From an uncultured Caldisericota bacterium (GTDB lineage: Bacteria > Caldisericota > Caldisericia > UBA6126): DNA of 64,000 nucleotides. Location: NCBI GenBank assembly GCA_964493625.1, contig CAZBOU010000001.1, positions 143,922-207,921 on the forward strand, written 5' to 3'. The position numbers were made by a program, and so were the translations under genes. The notes below the pieces were generated by a model. It was not told the DNA's origin. It ran no database searches and saw only the letters and a list, made by a program, of their open reading frames with translations. Positions 37,929-47,559 of this stretch are shown here, one piece after another (the first letter of the stretch is position 1; each line of letters opens with the position of its first letter).

Positions 37929-39686
37929 ATGAGCACAAAAAATCATTCTTTAGAAGCATTGCGCCATTCTGCTTCCCATATATTGGCGCAGGCAGTAAAA
38001 CGTTTGTATCCGGAGGTGAAATTGGGCATTGGCCCTTCCACAGATACAGGCTTCTATTATGATTTTGATCGAGATATCTCCTTTGTTCCCGAAGATCTGG
38101 AAACGATTCAGGAAGAAATGAAAAAAATCGTCCAAGAAAATTTGCCCATTGAGCGACATGAGATGTCGCGAGAAGAAGTGAAAAAACAATTGGAAGAGCA
38201 AGGGGAAACCTACAAATTAGAGCTTCTTGCGGAGATTCCAGAAGAAGAGACAATTGGGATGTATTCACAAGGGGACTTTATGGATATGTGTAAAGGACCT
38301 CATGTATCTTCTACCGGGGACGTGCGCTTTTTTCAATTGTTATCGCTTGCAGGAGCGTATTGGAGAGGCAAAGAAACCAATCCAATGTTGCAACGCATAT
38401 ATGGCACAGCTTTTTTTGATAAAAAAGAATTAAAGCACTATTTAGCGATGCTAGAGGAAGCTAAAAAACGCGACCACCGAAAAGTAGGGAAAGAACTCAA
38501 AATATTTACTTTTGAAGAACAAGTTGGAGCCGGATTTCCGATATGGCTCCCCAAAGGAGCTTCTTTGCTAGGGATGATCGAAGAGTACGACAAGAAAAAG
38601 CATCGAGAAGCCGGGTATGAAGAAATCCGAACTCCGCATCTGGGACTTGTAGATTTATGGAAAACATCGGGTCATTACGATCACTATTTGGACACCATGT
38701 TTCCCCCTATGCAGCGAGACAACCAGACGTTCATGGTCAAGCCTATGAATTGCCCTTTTCACTTGACTGTGTACAAAACTGAGCTTCGAAGCTATCGCGA
38801 ACTACCCATCCGGTATTTCGAGTTAGCCAATGTGTACCGGTATGAAAAATCCGGCGTTTTGCATGGACTTCTTCGCGTTCGAAGCTTTGAACAAGACGAT
38901 GCTCATGTGTTTTGCACTCCAGACCAACTAGAATCAGAACTGAACAATATTCGCAAGTTTTCGATTGACCTTTTCAAAGATTTTGGTTTTACAGACCTTG
39001 AAATCTTCGTTAGTATTCGAGATCAAGAGCATATTGATGCAGGGAAATATACAGGCGATCCTGCAAGATGGGATCATATTGAGAAGGAATTCATATCCAT
39101 TGTTCAGCGCATGGGAATTCCCTATCAAATTGACCCAGGAGAAGCAAAGTTTTATGGTCCTGCCATCGATATTAAAGTAAAAGATGCCCTAGGACGATTG
39201 TGGCAATGTACCACCATTCAAGTAGACTTTAACCTTCCCCAAAAGTTTGGCCTTACCTACATTGGAGAAGATGGACAAGAACATGTACCTTACATGTTGC
39301 ATACAGCTACCTTAGGATCTATGGAGCGTTTTATTGCGATTCTTCTAGAACAATATGCAGGCAATCTTCCTTTGTGGATTTCTCCCCAGCAAGTTCGGAT
39401 TGTTCCTATTTCAGATGACCTACTTCCGTATGCCAATCAAGTTTGCAAGGATCTCTGCAGCCATTCAATTCGTGCTAGCGTCGACAAAGACAACGAAAGA
39501 ATGAGTGCAAAAATCCGTAAGGGTGAAATGGAAAAAATACCCTACTTACTGATAGTAGGAAAAAAGGAAGAAGAAGATCAAACCGTTTCGGTACGGAAGC
39601 GTCATCGAAACAATCTTGGAACGATGCCCGTAGAAGAGATCGTAAAAAAAATACGTCACGAAATAGACGAAAAAGATATTTCCTAA
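37929..39686 (+). CDS. thrS: Threonine--tRNA ligase (short form lacking the N-terminal TGS domain)
   Basis: Starts at the editing-domain motif LRHSASHILAQA. Class II motifs are present (FRVRSFEQDDAHVFC, GSMERFIAILLE) with an anticodon-binding C-terminus. AAGGAG RBS before the ATG. Confidence 0.95.
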   Translation: MSTKNHSLEALRHSASHILAQAVKRLYPEVKLGIGPSTDTGFYYDFDRDISFVPEDLETIQEEMKKIVQENLPIERHEMSREEVKKQLEEQGETYKLELLAEIPEEETIGMYSQGDFMDMCKGPHVSSTGDVRFFQLLSLAGAYWRGKETNPMLQRIYGTAFFDKKELKHYLAMLEEAKKRDHRKVGKELKIFTFEEQVGAGFPIWLPKGASLLGMIEEYDKKKHREAGYEEIRTPHLGLVDLWKTSGHYDHYLDTMFPPMQRDNQTFMVKPMNCPFHLTVYKTELRSYRELPIRYFELANVYRYEKSGVLHGLLRVRSFEQDDAHVFCTPDQLESELNNIRKFSIDLFKDFGFTDLEIFVSIRDQEHIDAGKYTGDPARWDHIEKEFISIVQRMGIPYQIDPGEAKFYGPAIDIKVKDALGRLWQCTTIQVDFNLPQKFGLTYIGEDGQEHVPYMLHTATLGSMERFIAILLEQYAGNLPLWISPQQVRIVPISDDLLPYANQVCKDLCSHSIRASVDKDNERMSAKIRKGEMEKIPYLLIVGKKEEEDQTVSVRKRHRNNLGTMPVEEIVKKIRHEIDEKDIS

Positions 39687-39706
39687 TTTTAGGAAAAGAC
39701 GATCTC

Positions 39707-39735
39707 TTGACTTTATAATGAACTTTTTGTAAAAC
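39707..39735 (+). promoter_or_regulatory. Candidate promoter for infC-rpmI-rplT
   Basis: TTGACT, 17 nt, TAAAAC. A TATAAT hexamer also lies inside the spacer. AT-rich context. Confidence 0.3.
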
Positions 39736-39766
39736 TATTAAGAATTTGTTTGTATGGAGGTATTAT

Positions 39767-40285
39767 ATTAAACATCAGCATAGAATTAATGGTAGTATTG
39801 GCGCAAGACAGGTCCGGTTAATCGATGAAGACGGTGGCCAAGTCGGAATCGTAGATACAATATCCGCGCTAAATATGGCTAGAAATCGAGGGTATGATCT
39901 TGTTGAGATTGCACCAGATGCAAGGCCTCCCGTTTGCAAAATTATGGATTACGGCAAATATGTCTATGATTTAGCCAAGAAAAATCGGGAAGCGAAGAAA
40001 AAACAAGTTCACAACGATTTAAAAATTTGCAAAATTGGATTAAACATTGCAGAAGGAGACTTTGACGTCAGAATGAAGCGTGTTTCCAAATTTCTCCAAA
40101 ATGGAGATAAGGTGAAACTCATTGTGATGTTCAGAGGAAGAGAAATAATCTACAAGAAGCAAGGTTTTCAAATGATCGAAAGAATTACCGAGATTGTAGA
40201 TGAATTTGGCAAACTAGAAGGACCTCCCAAAATGGAGGGAAAAAACATTATTGCCATTCTTGCTCCTGTCTCCAAGAAAGGATAA
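39767..40285 (+). CDS. infC: Translation initiation factor IF-3 (AUU start)
   Basis: IKHQHRINGSIGARQVRLIDEDGGQVGIV matches the IF-3 N-terminus. The in-frame ATT at 39767 lies 6 nt after GGAGG (39756-39760). The track's TTG at 39746 has no RBS. Confidence 0.88.
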   Translation: MKHQHRINGSIGARQVRLIDEDGGQVGIVDTISALNMARNRGYDLVEIAPDARPPVCKIMDYGKYVYDLAKKNREAKKKQVHNDLKICKIGLNIAEGDFDVRMKRVSKFLQNGDKVKLIVMFRGREIIYKKQGFQMIERITEIVDEFGKLEGPPKMEGKNIIAILAPVSKKG

Positions 40286-40289
40286 CAAT

Positions 40290-40502
40290 ATGAAACACAA
40301 AATACGATCTTCCAAAACAGCTATGAAACGATTTAAGATAACAGGTACAGGAAAAATTATGTTTCTTCGATCTGGTCACAACCATATGTTAAGTAAAAAA
40401 AACACAGTGACTCGAAAAAAACTGAATAAACAACAAGAAGTACCAAAAGACAAATTACGTGTTGTACGGTTTCTAATACCGAATGTAAAAATTAACAAAT
40501 AG
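40290..40502 (+). CDS. rpmI: 50S ribosomal protein L35
   Basis: MKHKIRSSKTAMKRFKITGTGKI is an L35 signature. ATG 40290 follows the infC stop; the track start at 40251 lies inside infC. Confidence 0.92.
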   Translation: MKHKIRSSKTAMKRFKITGTGKIMFLRSGHNHMLSKKNTVTRKKLNKQQEVPKDKLRVVRFLIPNVKINK

Positions 40503-40539
40503 AAAACGTTTGTAACAAAAATCAGTAAGGAGAATTATT

Positions 40540-40899
40540 ATGCGAGTTAAAGGTGGATTCACTCGTCGCCGTAGAGTAAAAAAGCTCATGAAGAAAGCGA
40601 AAGGTTACCAAGGATCTGCAAGTCGTAGATTCCGAGCGGCCAAAGAACGAGTTATGCACGCAGAACGAAATGCTTATGTTAGTAGAAGGCTGGTGAAGCG
40701 AGACATTCGAGCTCTCTGGATTCAGCGTATTAATATTGCTGTTAGAATCTCTGACCCAGAGATGAATTATTCAAGATTTATCAACGGGCTTAAAAAATCA
40801 GAGATTGCATTGAATCGTAAAGTTCTTGCTCAAATTGCTGTTGAGCATAAAGAAAACTTCTCTCAGCTTGTAGGAGTATCAAAACAAGCATTAGCATAA
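40540..40899 (+). CDS. rplT: 50S ribosomal protein L20
   Basis: MRVKGGFTRRRRVKKLMKKAKGY..RALWIQRIN; AAGGAG RBS. Confidence 0.96.
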   Translation: MRVKGGFTRRRRVKKLMKKAKGYQGSASRRFRAAKERVMHAERNAYVSRRLVKRDIRALWIQRINIAVRISDPEMNYSRFINGLKKSEIALNRKVLAQIAVEHKENFSQLVGVSKQALA

Positions 40900-42242
40900 T
40901 GAAATATTTTGGAACAGATGGTATTCGGGATCTAGCCAACAAAGGTCTAGGTCCCGAATTCGTTTTACAAGTCGGAAAATCGATTGGGGCCTATCTAAAA
41001 GAATCCTATCCTCAAGAGGATGTTCATGTTTGTATTGGGCGAGATCCACGCCCTAGTGGTGTTCGCATTGAACAGAATCTTGTGGAAGGACTGCAATCGG
41101 TGGGGGTGCATTGCCATATTTTTGGCATTCTCCCAACGCCTGCCGTATCAAGACTCTGTAAAAACAAACACTACCATATGGGTATTGTAATTTCTGCTTC
41201 CCACAACCCTGCCCCATACAATGGTATCAAGTTGTTTCAAAGAAACGGGGAAAAGGCAAGTGAAGAAGCCGAAGAGCGCATTGAAGTCTTGCTTGATTGC
41301 CCTTGGCTCATTCAAGAAACGCCCGGTCTTCCTGGTTCCTATATTGAAGAACCAAGAGCCATTCATGAATATGTCTCTGATATCGTAGCGCAGTATTCTT
41401 TTCTACCGCTCTCTTCAATAAACATTCTTGTGGATTGTGCCAACGGGGCTACTTCCTTTACCACGCCAAAAGTTTTTTCAAAATTGGGGGCTCGCGTCAC
41501 TGCCATTTCTACTCAAACCGATGGAGATTCTATCAACCATCAATGTGGATCTCTTCATCCTGAAGCCATTCAGCAGTATTTGCAGTCCACTCAAACAACC
41601 TTTGATTTTATTTTCTCCCACGATGGCGATGGCGATCGAGTATTGGCATTCACGCCCGATGGCAAAATGGTAAATGGCGATCAAATGTTAACAACGGTTG
41701 CCCTTGCCAGGGAACAACTGCATACTCTATCCAAAAAAACCGTTGTCGGCACCGTGATGACCAATGAAGGAATAATTGAATTTTTAAAAAATAGAAACAT
41801 TGAGTTTTATCGTTCCAATGTCGGAGACAAATATGTCTATCGAGATATGATTCGATTGTCAGCACAAATTGGTGGTGAACAATCGGGACATTTATTATTT
41901 CTTGACAAAAGCCCAACAGGAGATGGCCTTGTATCAGCCCTAGAGTACATCCATGCCATCACAACCTTAAGCAAACCAGTGCAAGATTCAATTCACCACA
42001 TCCCGCTTTATGTGCAAAACTTAACCAACTTGCGGGTGCATGATAAGAACCGAATTTTATCTTCCTCACAGTTTTGTGAAACAATGGAGCAAATTCAAGC
42101 CCAAAATCCTGATGCTAGAATGATTGTCAGGCCTTCCGGTACAGAACCTTTGTTTCGCGTCCTTGTGGAAACTCCTACCCAGGAAAAAACAACACAATTA
42201 ACGCAGCAAATTGTTCGCTTTATCGAAACAATGGAAGACTAG
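40899..42242 (+). CDS. glmM: Phosphoglucosamine mutase
   Basis: MKYFGTDGIRD, active-site ISASHNPAPYNGIK, GDGDR and GGEQSGH motifs. TAATG overlap with rplT. Confidence 0.95.
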   Translation: MKYFGTDGIRDLANKGLGPEFVLQVGKSIGAYLKESYPQEDVHVCIGRDPRPSGVRIEQNLVEGLQSVGVHCHIFGILPTPAVSRLCKNKHYHMGIVISASHNPAPYNGIKLFQRNGEKASEEAEERIEVLLDCPWLIQETPGLPGSYIEEPRAIHEYVSDIVAQYSFLPLSSINILVDCANGATSFTTPKVFSKLGARVTAISTQTDGDSINHQCGSLHPEAIQQYLQSTQTTFDFIFSHDGDGDRVLAFTPDGKMVNGDQMLTTVALAREQLHTLSKKTVVGTVMTNEGIIEFLKNRNIEFYRSNVGDKYVYRDMIRLSAQIGGEQSGHLLFLDKSPTGDGLVSALEYIHAITTLSKPVQDSIHHIPLYVQNLTNLRVHDKNRILSSSQFCETMEQIQAQNPDARMIVRPSGTEPLFRVLVETPTQEKTTQLTQQIVRFIETMED

Positions 42243-42244
42243 CT

Positions 42245-45200
42245 GTGTCTTTTGTTCATCTTCACAATCATTCAGAATACAGTCTTTTGGATGGCCTGAG
42301 CAAAACAAAAGAAATGGCAGAACATGCCCTGGCACTTGGTCAAAAAGCTATTGCTCTGACCGACCACGGGACCATGTTTGGGGCGATCGAGTTTTACAAA
42401 ACCTGCCTAGATGTTGGCATCAAGCCCATTGTAGGTTGTGAAGTTTACGTTGCTCCAGAGAGCCTTCATAAAAAAGATGAAAAGCGCCATGGAACAAATT
42501 TGTTCCATCTGCTGTTGCTAGCAAAAAACAACCAAGGGTATCAGAATCTATGCAATATAGTCTCGCGCTCCTATACAGAAGGGTTTTATTACAAACCTCG
42601 CATTGATTTTGACTTGTTGTCTTCTTTGGGAAACGATTTAATTGTCAGTACGGGGTGTATCCAGGGACAACTTCCGCGATTGTTGCTAGCCGGCCAAACC
42701 ACTGAAGCCGAAGACCTTGCACGGCAGTATAAGGAGAGGTTTGGTTCCGATTTTTACATCGAAATCATGAATCATGGATTGGCAGAAGAAATGAGAGTAA
42801 ACCCTCTTTTGGTCTCCTTGGCAAACAAAGTAGAGATTCCTTTGATTGCTACCCACGATTCTCATTATGTCCACAAAGAAGATGCATATGCTCACGATAT
42901 TCTGTTGTGTATTCAGCAGCTAAAAGATTTTGACGATCCAAAGCGGATGCGCTTTACAGGAGATAGCTTTTACTTGAAAAGCGAAGAGGAAATGAAGCAG
43001 CTTTTTCCGGAACTACCCCAGGCCCTCGAGAATACCTCACAAGTAGCCGAGAAATGCAACCTAGAATTTGATTTTGAAACCAAACACCTTCCCAAATATC
43101 GTTCTCCCGAGCATGGCGTTGCTTCCAAAGAAGAACGGATTCAATATCTTCGCCACTTGTGCGAGGAAAATCTACCACTGCGATATGGAAATACTATTGA
43201 TAAAGACATTCGAGATCGACTGGAATACGAGCTTGGCGTCATCGAATCCATGGATTTTGTGGACTATTTTTTAGTAGTACAAGACTTTATTCGGTACGCA
43301 CGAGAAAACAATATTGCCGTTGGACCCGGAAGAGGCTCTGCTGCAGGAAGTATTGTGAGTTACCTTTTGCGAATAACTGACATTGATCCTCTACGTTACA
43401 ATTTGTATTTTGAAAGGTTTCTAAACCCGCAGCGCTTTTCAATGCCAGATATCGATATTGATTTTGAAGATGCAAGGCGAGAAGAAATCATTGATTATGT
43501 AAAAAGAACGTATGGCGAAGATTGCGTTTCTCAAATAGGAACGTTTGGAAAGTTGGAATCGCGAGCAGCCTTTCGAGATGTAGCTCGGGCTTTTAAAATA
43601 TCCCCTACCGAAATAAACCTGCAATCCAAAAAAATACCTGCTGGCCAGAGTCTAGCATCTGCCTATAAGCATAGCGAATCATTTAAGAAGCTCGTGGACG
43701 AAAACGAAACCTATACAAAAATATACGAAACAGCTTCGCGCTTAGAACACGCAGTCCGCAATTTTTCCACACATGCTTGTGGCATTTTAATTACCGACGA
43801 ACCTCTTTGGAATTATGTTCCACTGGCTATCGACAAAAATAAAAAACGCGTTTCGATGTACGAGAAAAATACGGTTGAAAAGTTGGGCCTGCTGAAAATG
43901 GATTTTTTAGGACTAAAAAATCTAACCATTATTAAGGATTGTTGCGAACTAGTTCAAAAGCAACAAAACAAGGCGATTGATTTAGATGCATTACCCCTCG
44001 ACGATGCGACCACTTACGAGCTGTACAAAAAAGGACAAACCAAGGGTGTATTTCAAGTGGAAAGCCCTGGTATGCAGAAATGGCTCAAGGAATTGAAGCC
44101 AGACTCTATAGAAGATATTATCGCTATGGTGGCTTTGTATAGGCCAGGACCAATGCAAAATATACCAGACTTTATTGAAAACAAACAAAACCAATCTACT
44201 ATCCAGTATCTAGATGCTTGCTTAGAGCCTGTACTTAAAAATACGTACGGTATTTGTATATACCAAGAACAAGTGATGAGCATTGCCCAAGTGATGAGCG
44301 GTTTTTCCATGGCAGATGCTGACAAGCTTCGCAAAGCAATGGGAAAAAAGATCCCAGAGCTTATGGAGAAGCAGCATGAAAAATTTGTGAAGGGCGCTAT
44401 TGAAAAAGGGTTTACGCAAGACCTTGCAGAAACTGTATTTGCCATGCTTGAGAAGTTTGCGGAATATGGCTTTAATAGAGCCCATGCTGCATGCTACGGT
44501 CTGTTATCGTATCAAACCGCCTATCTCAAAGCAAACTATCCAGCAGAATACATGTGCTCTTTAATGAATACATTTCGATCGGACGAAAAGAGAATAGAAA
44601 GCTATATTGATGAATGCCGGGCCATGAATATTCCCATTCTTCCTCCCGATATCAACAAAAGCCACATTTTATTTTCCCTTGAAACCATGCCCTCCTCAAA
44701 AGAAGGCGAAGAGAAACAGGAAACACCAAGCGAGATCGGTATTCGTTTTGGCCTTTCTGCGATCAAAAATGTTGGAGAAGCAGCCTTAGAAAGCGTTCTC
44801 GAAGATCGTACAACCAACGGTCTCTATATAGGCGTGAAAGACTTTAAAACACGCAACAAAACAAACAAGGTGACCAAAAGAACTATTGAATTTCTCATAA
44901 AAGCAGGAGCATTCGATTTTTATCAGAACAATCGAACCGACTTGCTAGATACACTAAACAATGTCCGGGCCGAGGGGCTATCTTTGTTCGACTCTTCCCC
45001 AGAATCCAGTTCAGAGGCTCCCAAAGCTGCACCTACTAGTTCTATTGAGACCAATCTTTTGTTTGAAAAAGAAGCCCTTGGTTTCTATATCACTACCAAT
45101 CCTATGGTCCAGTTTCTAGAAGCTTTTCCATCCTTGGAATTTACGACCCTAGAAGCACTGCAAGGGATACATGCTGAAACAGAAGTGCAGGTGTTTTGCA

Positions 45201-45709
45201 TGATTGATTCAATCCGTAGTCCTCGAAAAAAGACCAAAAACACCGTACGAATGTGTACCCTTTCTGATCTATCCGGGTCTATGGAGCTCCTTGCCTTCGG
45301 GCAAGCTGCAAATGATATTGATGCGGTCATGCAGGAAGAAAATTCAGATGCCATTATGGCTTTTTTGTGCACCGCAAAAGTAGCCTTTCGAAACGATGGA
45401 TTTCAATACCTTATTAAAAAAGTCGATCGCTGCTATACTCTGTCGGATGTACACCGCCAACTTAAAAAACCTTCCCGGTTGTATTTAAATATCAATTTGG
45501 ATATCATTTCAAAAACCAAATTATCGGAGATCACTCATCTCCTATCGAAACATACAGGACCGTCCGATGTCATCCTCCATATTCATTTCAGAGGCTATCG
45601 CATTGAAACTCACCCTTCGATGGACTACCATGTAACCCGTAGCATGGAGTTAACTACAGAATTACAGCACTTATTATCACCAGAAAATGTGTGGTGGAGG
45701 CAATGTTAA
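42245..45709 (+). CDS. dnaE: DNA polymerase III alpha subunit
   Basis: PHP domain FVHLHNHSEYSLLDG, GPGRGSAAGS, MPDIDIDF, FNRAHAACY. 1,154 aa with a GTG start. Confidence 0.96.
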   Translation: MSFVHLHNHSEYSLLDGLSKTKEMAEHALALGQKAIALTDHGTMFGAIEFYKTCLDVGIKPIVGCEVYVAPESLHKKDEKRHGTNLFHLLLLAKNNQGYQNLCNIVSRSYTEGFYYKPRIDFDLLSSLGNDLIVSTGCIQGQLPRLLLAGQTTEAEDLARQYKERFGSDFYIEIMNHGLAEEMRVNPLLVSLANKVEIPLIATHDSHYVHKEDAYAHDILLCIQQLKDFDDPKRMRFTGDSFYLKSEEEMKQLFPELPQALENTSQVAEKCNLEFDFETKHLPKYRSPEHGVASKEERIQYLRHLCEENLPLRYGNTIDKDIRDRLEYELGVIESMDFVDYFLVVQDFIRYARENNIAVGPGRGSAAGSIVSYLLRITDIDPLRYNLYFERFLNPQRFSMPDIDIDFEDARREEIIDYVKRTYGEDCVSQIGTFGKLESRAAFRDVARAFKISPTEINLQSKKIPAGQSLASAYKHSESFKKLVDENETYTKIYETASRLEHAVRNFSTHACGILITDEPLWNYVPLAIDKNKKRVSMYEKNTVEKLGLLKMDFLGLKNLTIIKDCCELVQKQQNKAIDLDALPLDDATTYELYKKGQTKGVFQVESPGMQKWLKELKPDSIEDIIAMVALYRPGPMQNIPDFIENKQNQSTIQYLDACLEPVLKNTYGICIYQEQVMSIAQVMSGFSMADADKLRKAMGKKIPELMEKQHEKFVKGAIEKGFTQDLAETVFAMLEKFAEYGFNRAHAACYGLLSYQTAYLKANYPAEYMCSLMNTFRSDEKRIESYIDECRAMNIPILPPDINKSHILFSLETMPSSKEGEEKQETPSEIGIRFGLSAIKNVGEAALESVLEDRTTNGLYIGVKDFKTRNKTNKVTKRTIEFLIKAGAFDFYQNNRTDLLDTLNNVRAEGLSLFDSSPESSSEAPKAAPTSSIETNLLFEKEALGFYITTNPMVQFLEAFPSLEFTTLEALQGIHAETEVQVFCMIDSIRSPRKKTKNTVRMCTLSDLSGSMELLAFGQAANDIDAVMQEENSDAIMAFLCTAKVAFRNDGFQYLIKKVDRCYTLSDVHRQLKKPSRLYLNINLDIISKTKLSEITHLLSKHTGPSDVILHIHFRGYRIETHPSMDYHVTRSMELTTELQHLLSPENVWWRQC

Positions 45710-47478
45710 AGTTTTTTGGATCGGTACGATTTCAAGTCGTTATCTTCACCATTTTGGTGGTTGTATCCGGAAATGTAGTGTTAAACTATTTTCTGACTCA
45801 AAATGCAAAAGAAATGCTGATTGTAGAAAAACAAGAAAAAATTGAAAATGTTGGCCATTACCTTGTGAAAGAATACAACCGATATTTTGTAGGAGAACAA
45901 AGCCAAGTCTATCAGTTGGCCAAAGAACAGCATGCAAGATATACAGGGACAGAGCCAAAAACAGTCGAAGATATTTACCACAACTTATTGAAACAAAAAA
46001 TTCGCCCTACCCTGCATGGCATCATCGAAACTTCTTCTTCTCTTTTCAGTGAAGAAGGGGGCGCAGGATTTTATATCCGAAGCCAAAATCGCGTGTATGG
46101 ATTTCTCGAAAAAACCGAATTGTACTCCTATGATAAAATTATTGCCACCGTTCCTATCAGTAACGATGGATCGTTTGTTTGGGTGGAAGAATCGACACGG
46201 AATCTTGATCAAAAAGTAGCTTTGTTGCAGCACAGAACGAATTCAATTACCATTGTTGTGATTGGAATCATCTTGCTGTTTGCCTTTCTTTTTAGTTTTT
46301 CCTTTGCGGGACGCATTAAAAGAATTCTTCGGGGTTTAAAAATACTCGAACAAGATTTGCATGTCCCTTTGCCATCTATGAATGGAGAATTAGGAATTCT
46401 CTCCGAGGGCATCAACCAATTGGCGCAAAGCCTGATTTTATCTAGAACGCGATCTGATTTAATCCTAAACAATGCATCCACGGCCATGATATCTCTAGAT
46501 CAGAACCACAATATCCTTTTCTACAACAAAGCAGCTCTTGAGCTTTTGCAGATCCAAGAAAAGCAGTTACACATCCAAACAATCTACTCGCTTCTGGGAC
46601 CCGTTTTAGAAAATGCTGTCACTAGAGCATTTGAGAATAAGCATACCTTTTCTTTTGATAATTTTCCTGTCCGCCTTCCTTCCATGCAAAAGTATTTTCA
46701 TATTGTAGTAGCGTGTCATTTTGACCCTGAAAATAAGAGAACTGTTTTGATTACACTGGACGATGTCACTGAAAATGTGAAGCTCATACGAGAGGCTGAA
46801 AAGAACGAATCTCTACGCATGCTTGGAATGTTTACCACAGGCATAGCCCATGAAATACGAAATCCCTTAACATCTGTGAAAGGATTTGTGCAGCTACTCG
46901 GTAAAAAAGTATCCAATGAGCCTGGCAATCAAAGAATGATTCAATTGATCGGTAGAGAAATTGACCGATTGGAAGACTTGCTCAAAGATTTAATCACCTA
47001 TGCCCGTCCCTCGAAAACGAACAACGAATGGATTCCTTTGCCAGATCTTGTAGGAATTATTGAAAATTTACTTAAAGAGAGAGTTCAACAACGGAAAGTC
47101 GAGTTTCAAATTGAAGGAATGGAATCCATCGAATTGTTTGCCGACCAAAGAAAAGTACATCAAGTTTTGTTTAATCTTGTACTCAATGCGATTCAAGCAG
47201 TTCGCATTGGAGAGGGTGTTATCAAGTTGTACGGCGTTGCTGAGCCGGATGCATTTTGGATTTGTGTACAAGACAATGGATATGGAATTCGAGAAGAAGA
47301 TGTAGGAAAAATTTTCACACCCTTCTTTACAACCAAAGATAAGGGTACCGGATTGGGGCTGGCTATTTCCCGTAGAATGATGGAAGATATGGAGGGTGTC
47401 ATTGACTTTACAAGTGATCCAGACCAGCATGTTACCGTCTTCCGCATTGGATTTACGAACTGGAGAAAAGCGCACTAG
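45691..47478 (+). CDS. Sensor histidine kinase (TM-periplasmic-TM, HAMP-like, PAS, HisKA, HATPase)
   Basis: H-box HEIRNPLTSVKGF, N-box LNAIQA, G1 VQDNGYGI, G2 GTGLGLAISR, and two predicted TM segments. The start is uncertain (GTG 45691 or ATG 45703). Overlaps the dnaE end. Confidence 0.88.
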   Translation: MVEAMLKFFGSVRFQVVIFTILVVVSGNVVLNYFLTQNAKEMLIVEKQEKIENVGHYLVKEYNRYFVGEQSQVYQLAKEQHARYTGTEPKTVEDIYHNLLKQKIRPTLHGIIETSSSLFSEEGGAGFYIRSQNRVYGFLEKTELYSYDKIIATVPISNDGSFVWVEESTRNLDQKVALLQHRTNSITIVVIGIILLFAFLFSFSFAGRIKRILRGLKILEQDLHVPLPSMNGELGILSEGINQLAQSLILSRTRSDLILNNASTAMISLDQNHNILFYNKAALELLQIQEKQLHIQTIYSLLGPVLENAVTRAFENKHTFSFDNFPVRLPSMQKYFHIVVACHFDPENKRTVLITLDDVTENVKLIREAEKNESLRMLGMFTTGIAHEIRNPLTSVKGFVQLLGKKVSNEPGNQRMIQLIGREIDRLEDLLKDLITYARPSKTNNEWIPLPDLVGIIENLLKERVQQRKVEFQIEGMESIELFADQRKVHQVLFNLVLNAIQAVRIGEGVIKLYGVAEPDAFWICVQDNGYGIREEDVGKIFTPFFTTKDKGTGLGLAISRRMMEDMEGVIDFTSDPDQHVTVFRIGFTNWRKAH

Positions 47479-47559
47479 TTCAATGAATGCATAGTAGCGT
47501 TCCGGGTTCTTGATGAACGACACTATTGCATTTTATGACTTTCCCTTTACATTTGTAAC

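Noticed and set aside
37879-38268. 129-aa minus-strand ORF overlapping the thrS 5' region
   Set aside because: It overlaps the well-supported thrS start, which has an AAGGAG RBS, and it has no recognisable motifs.
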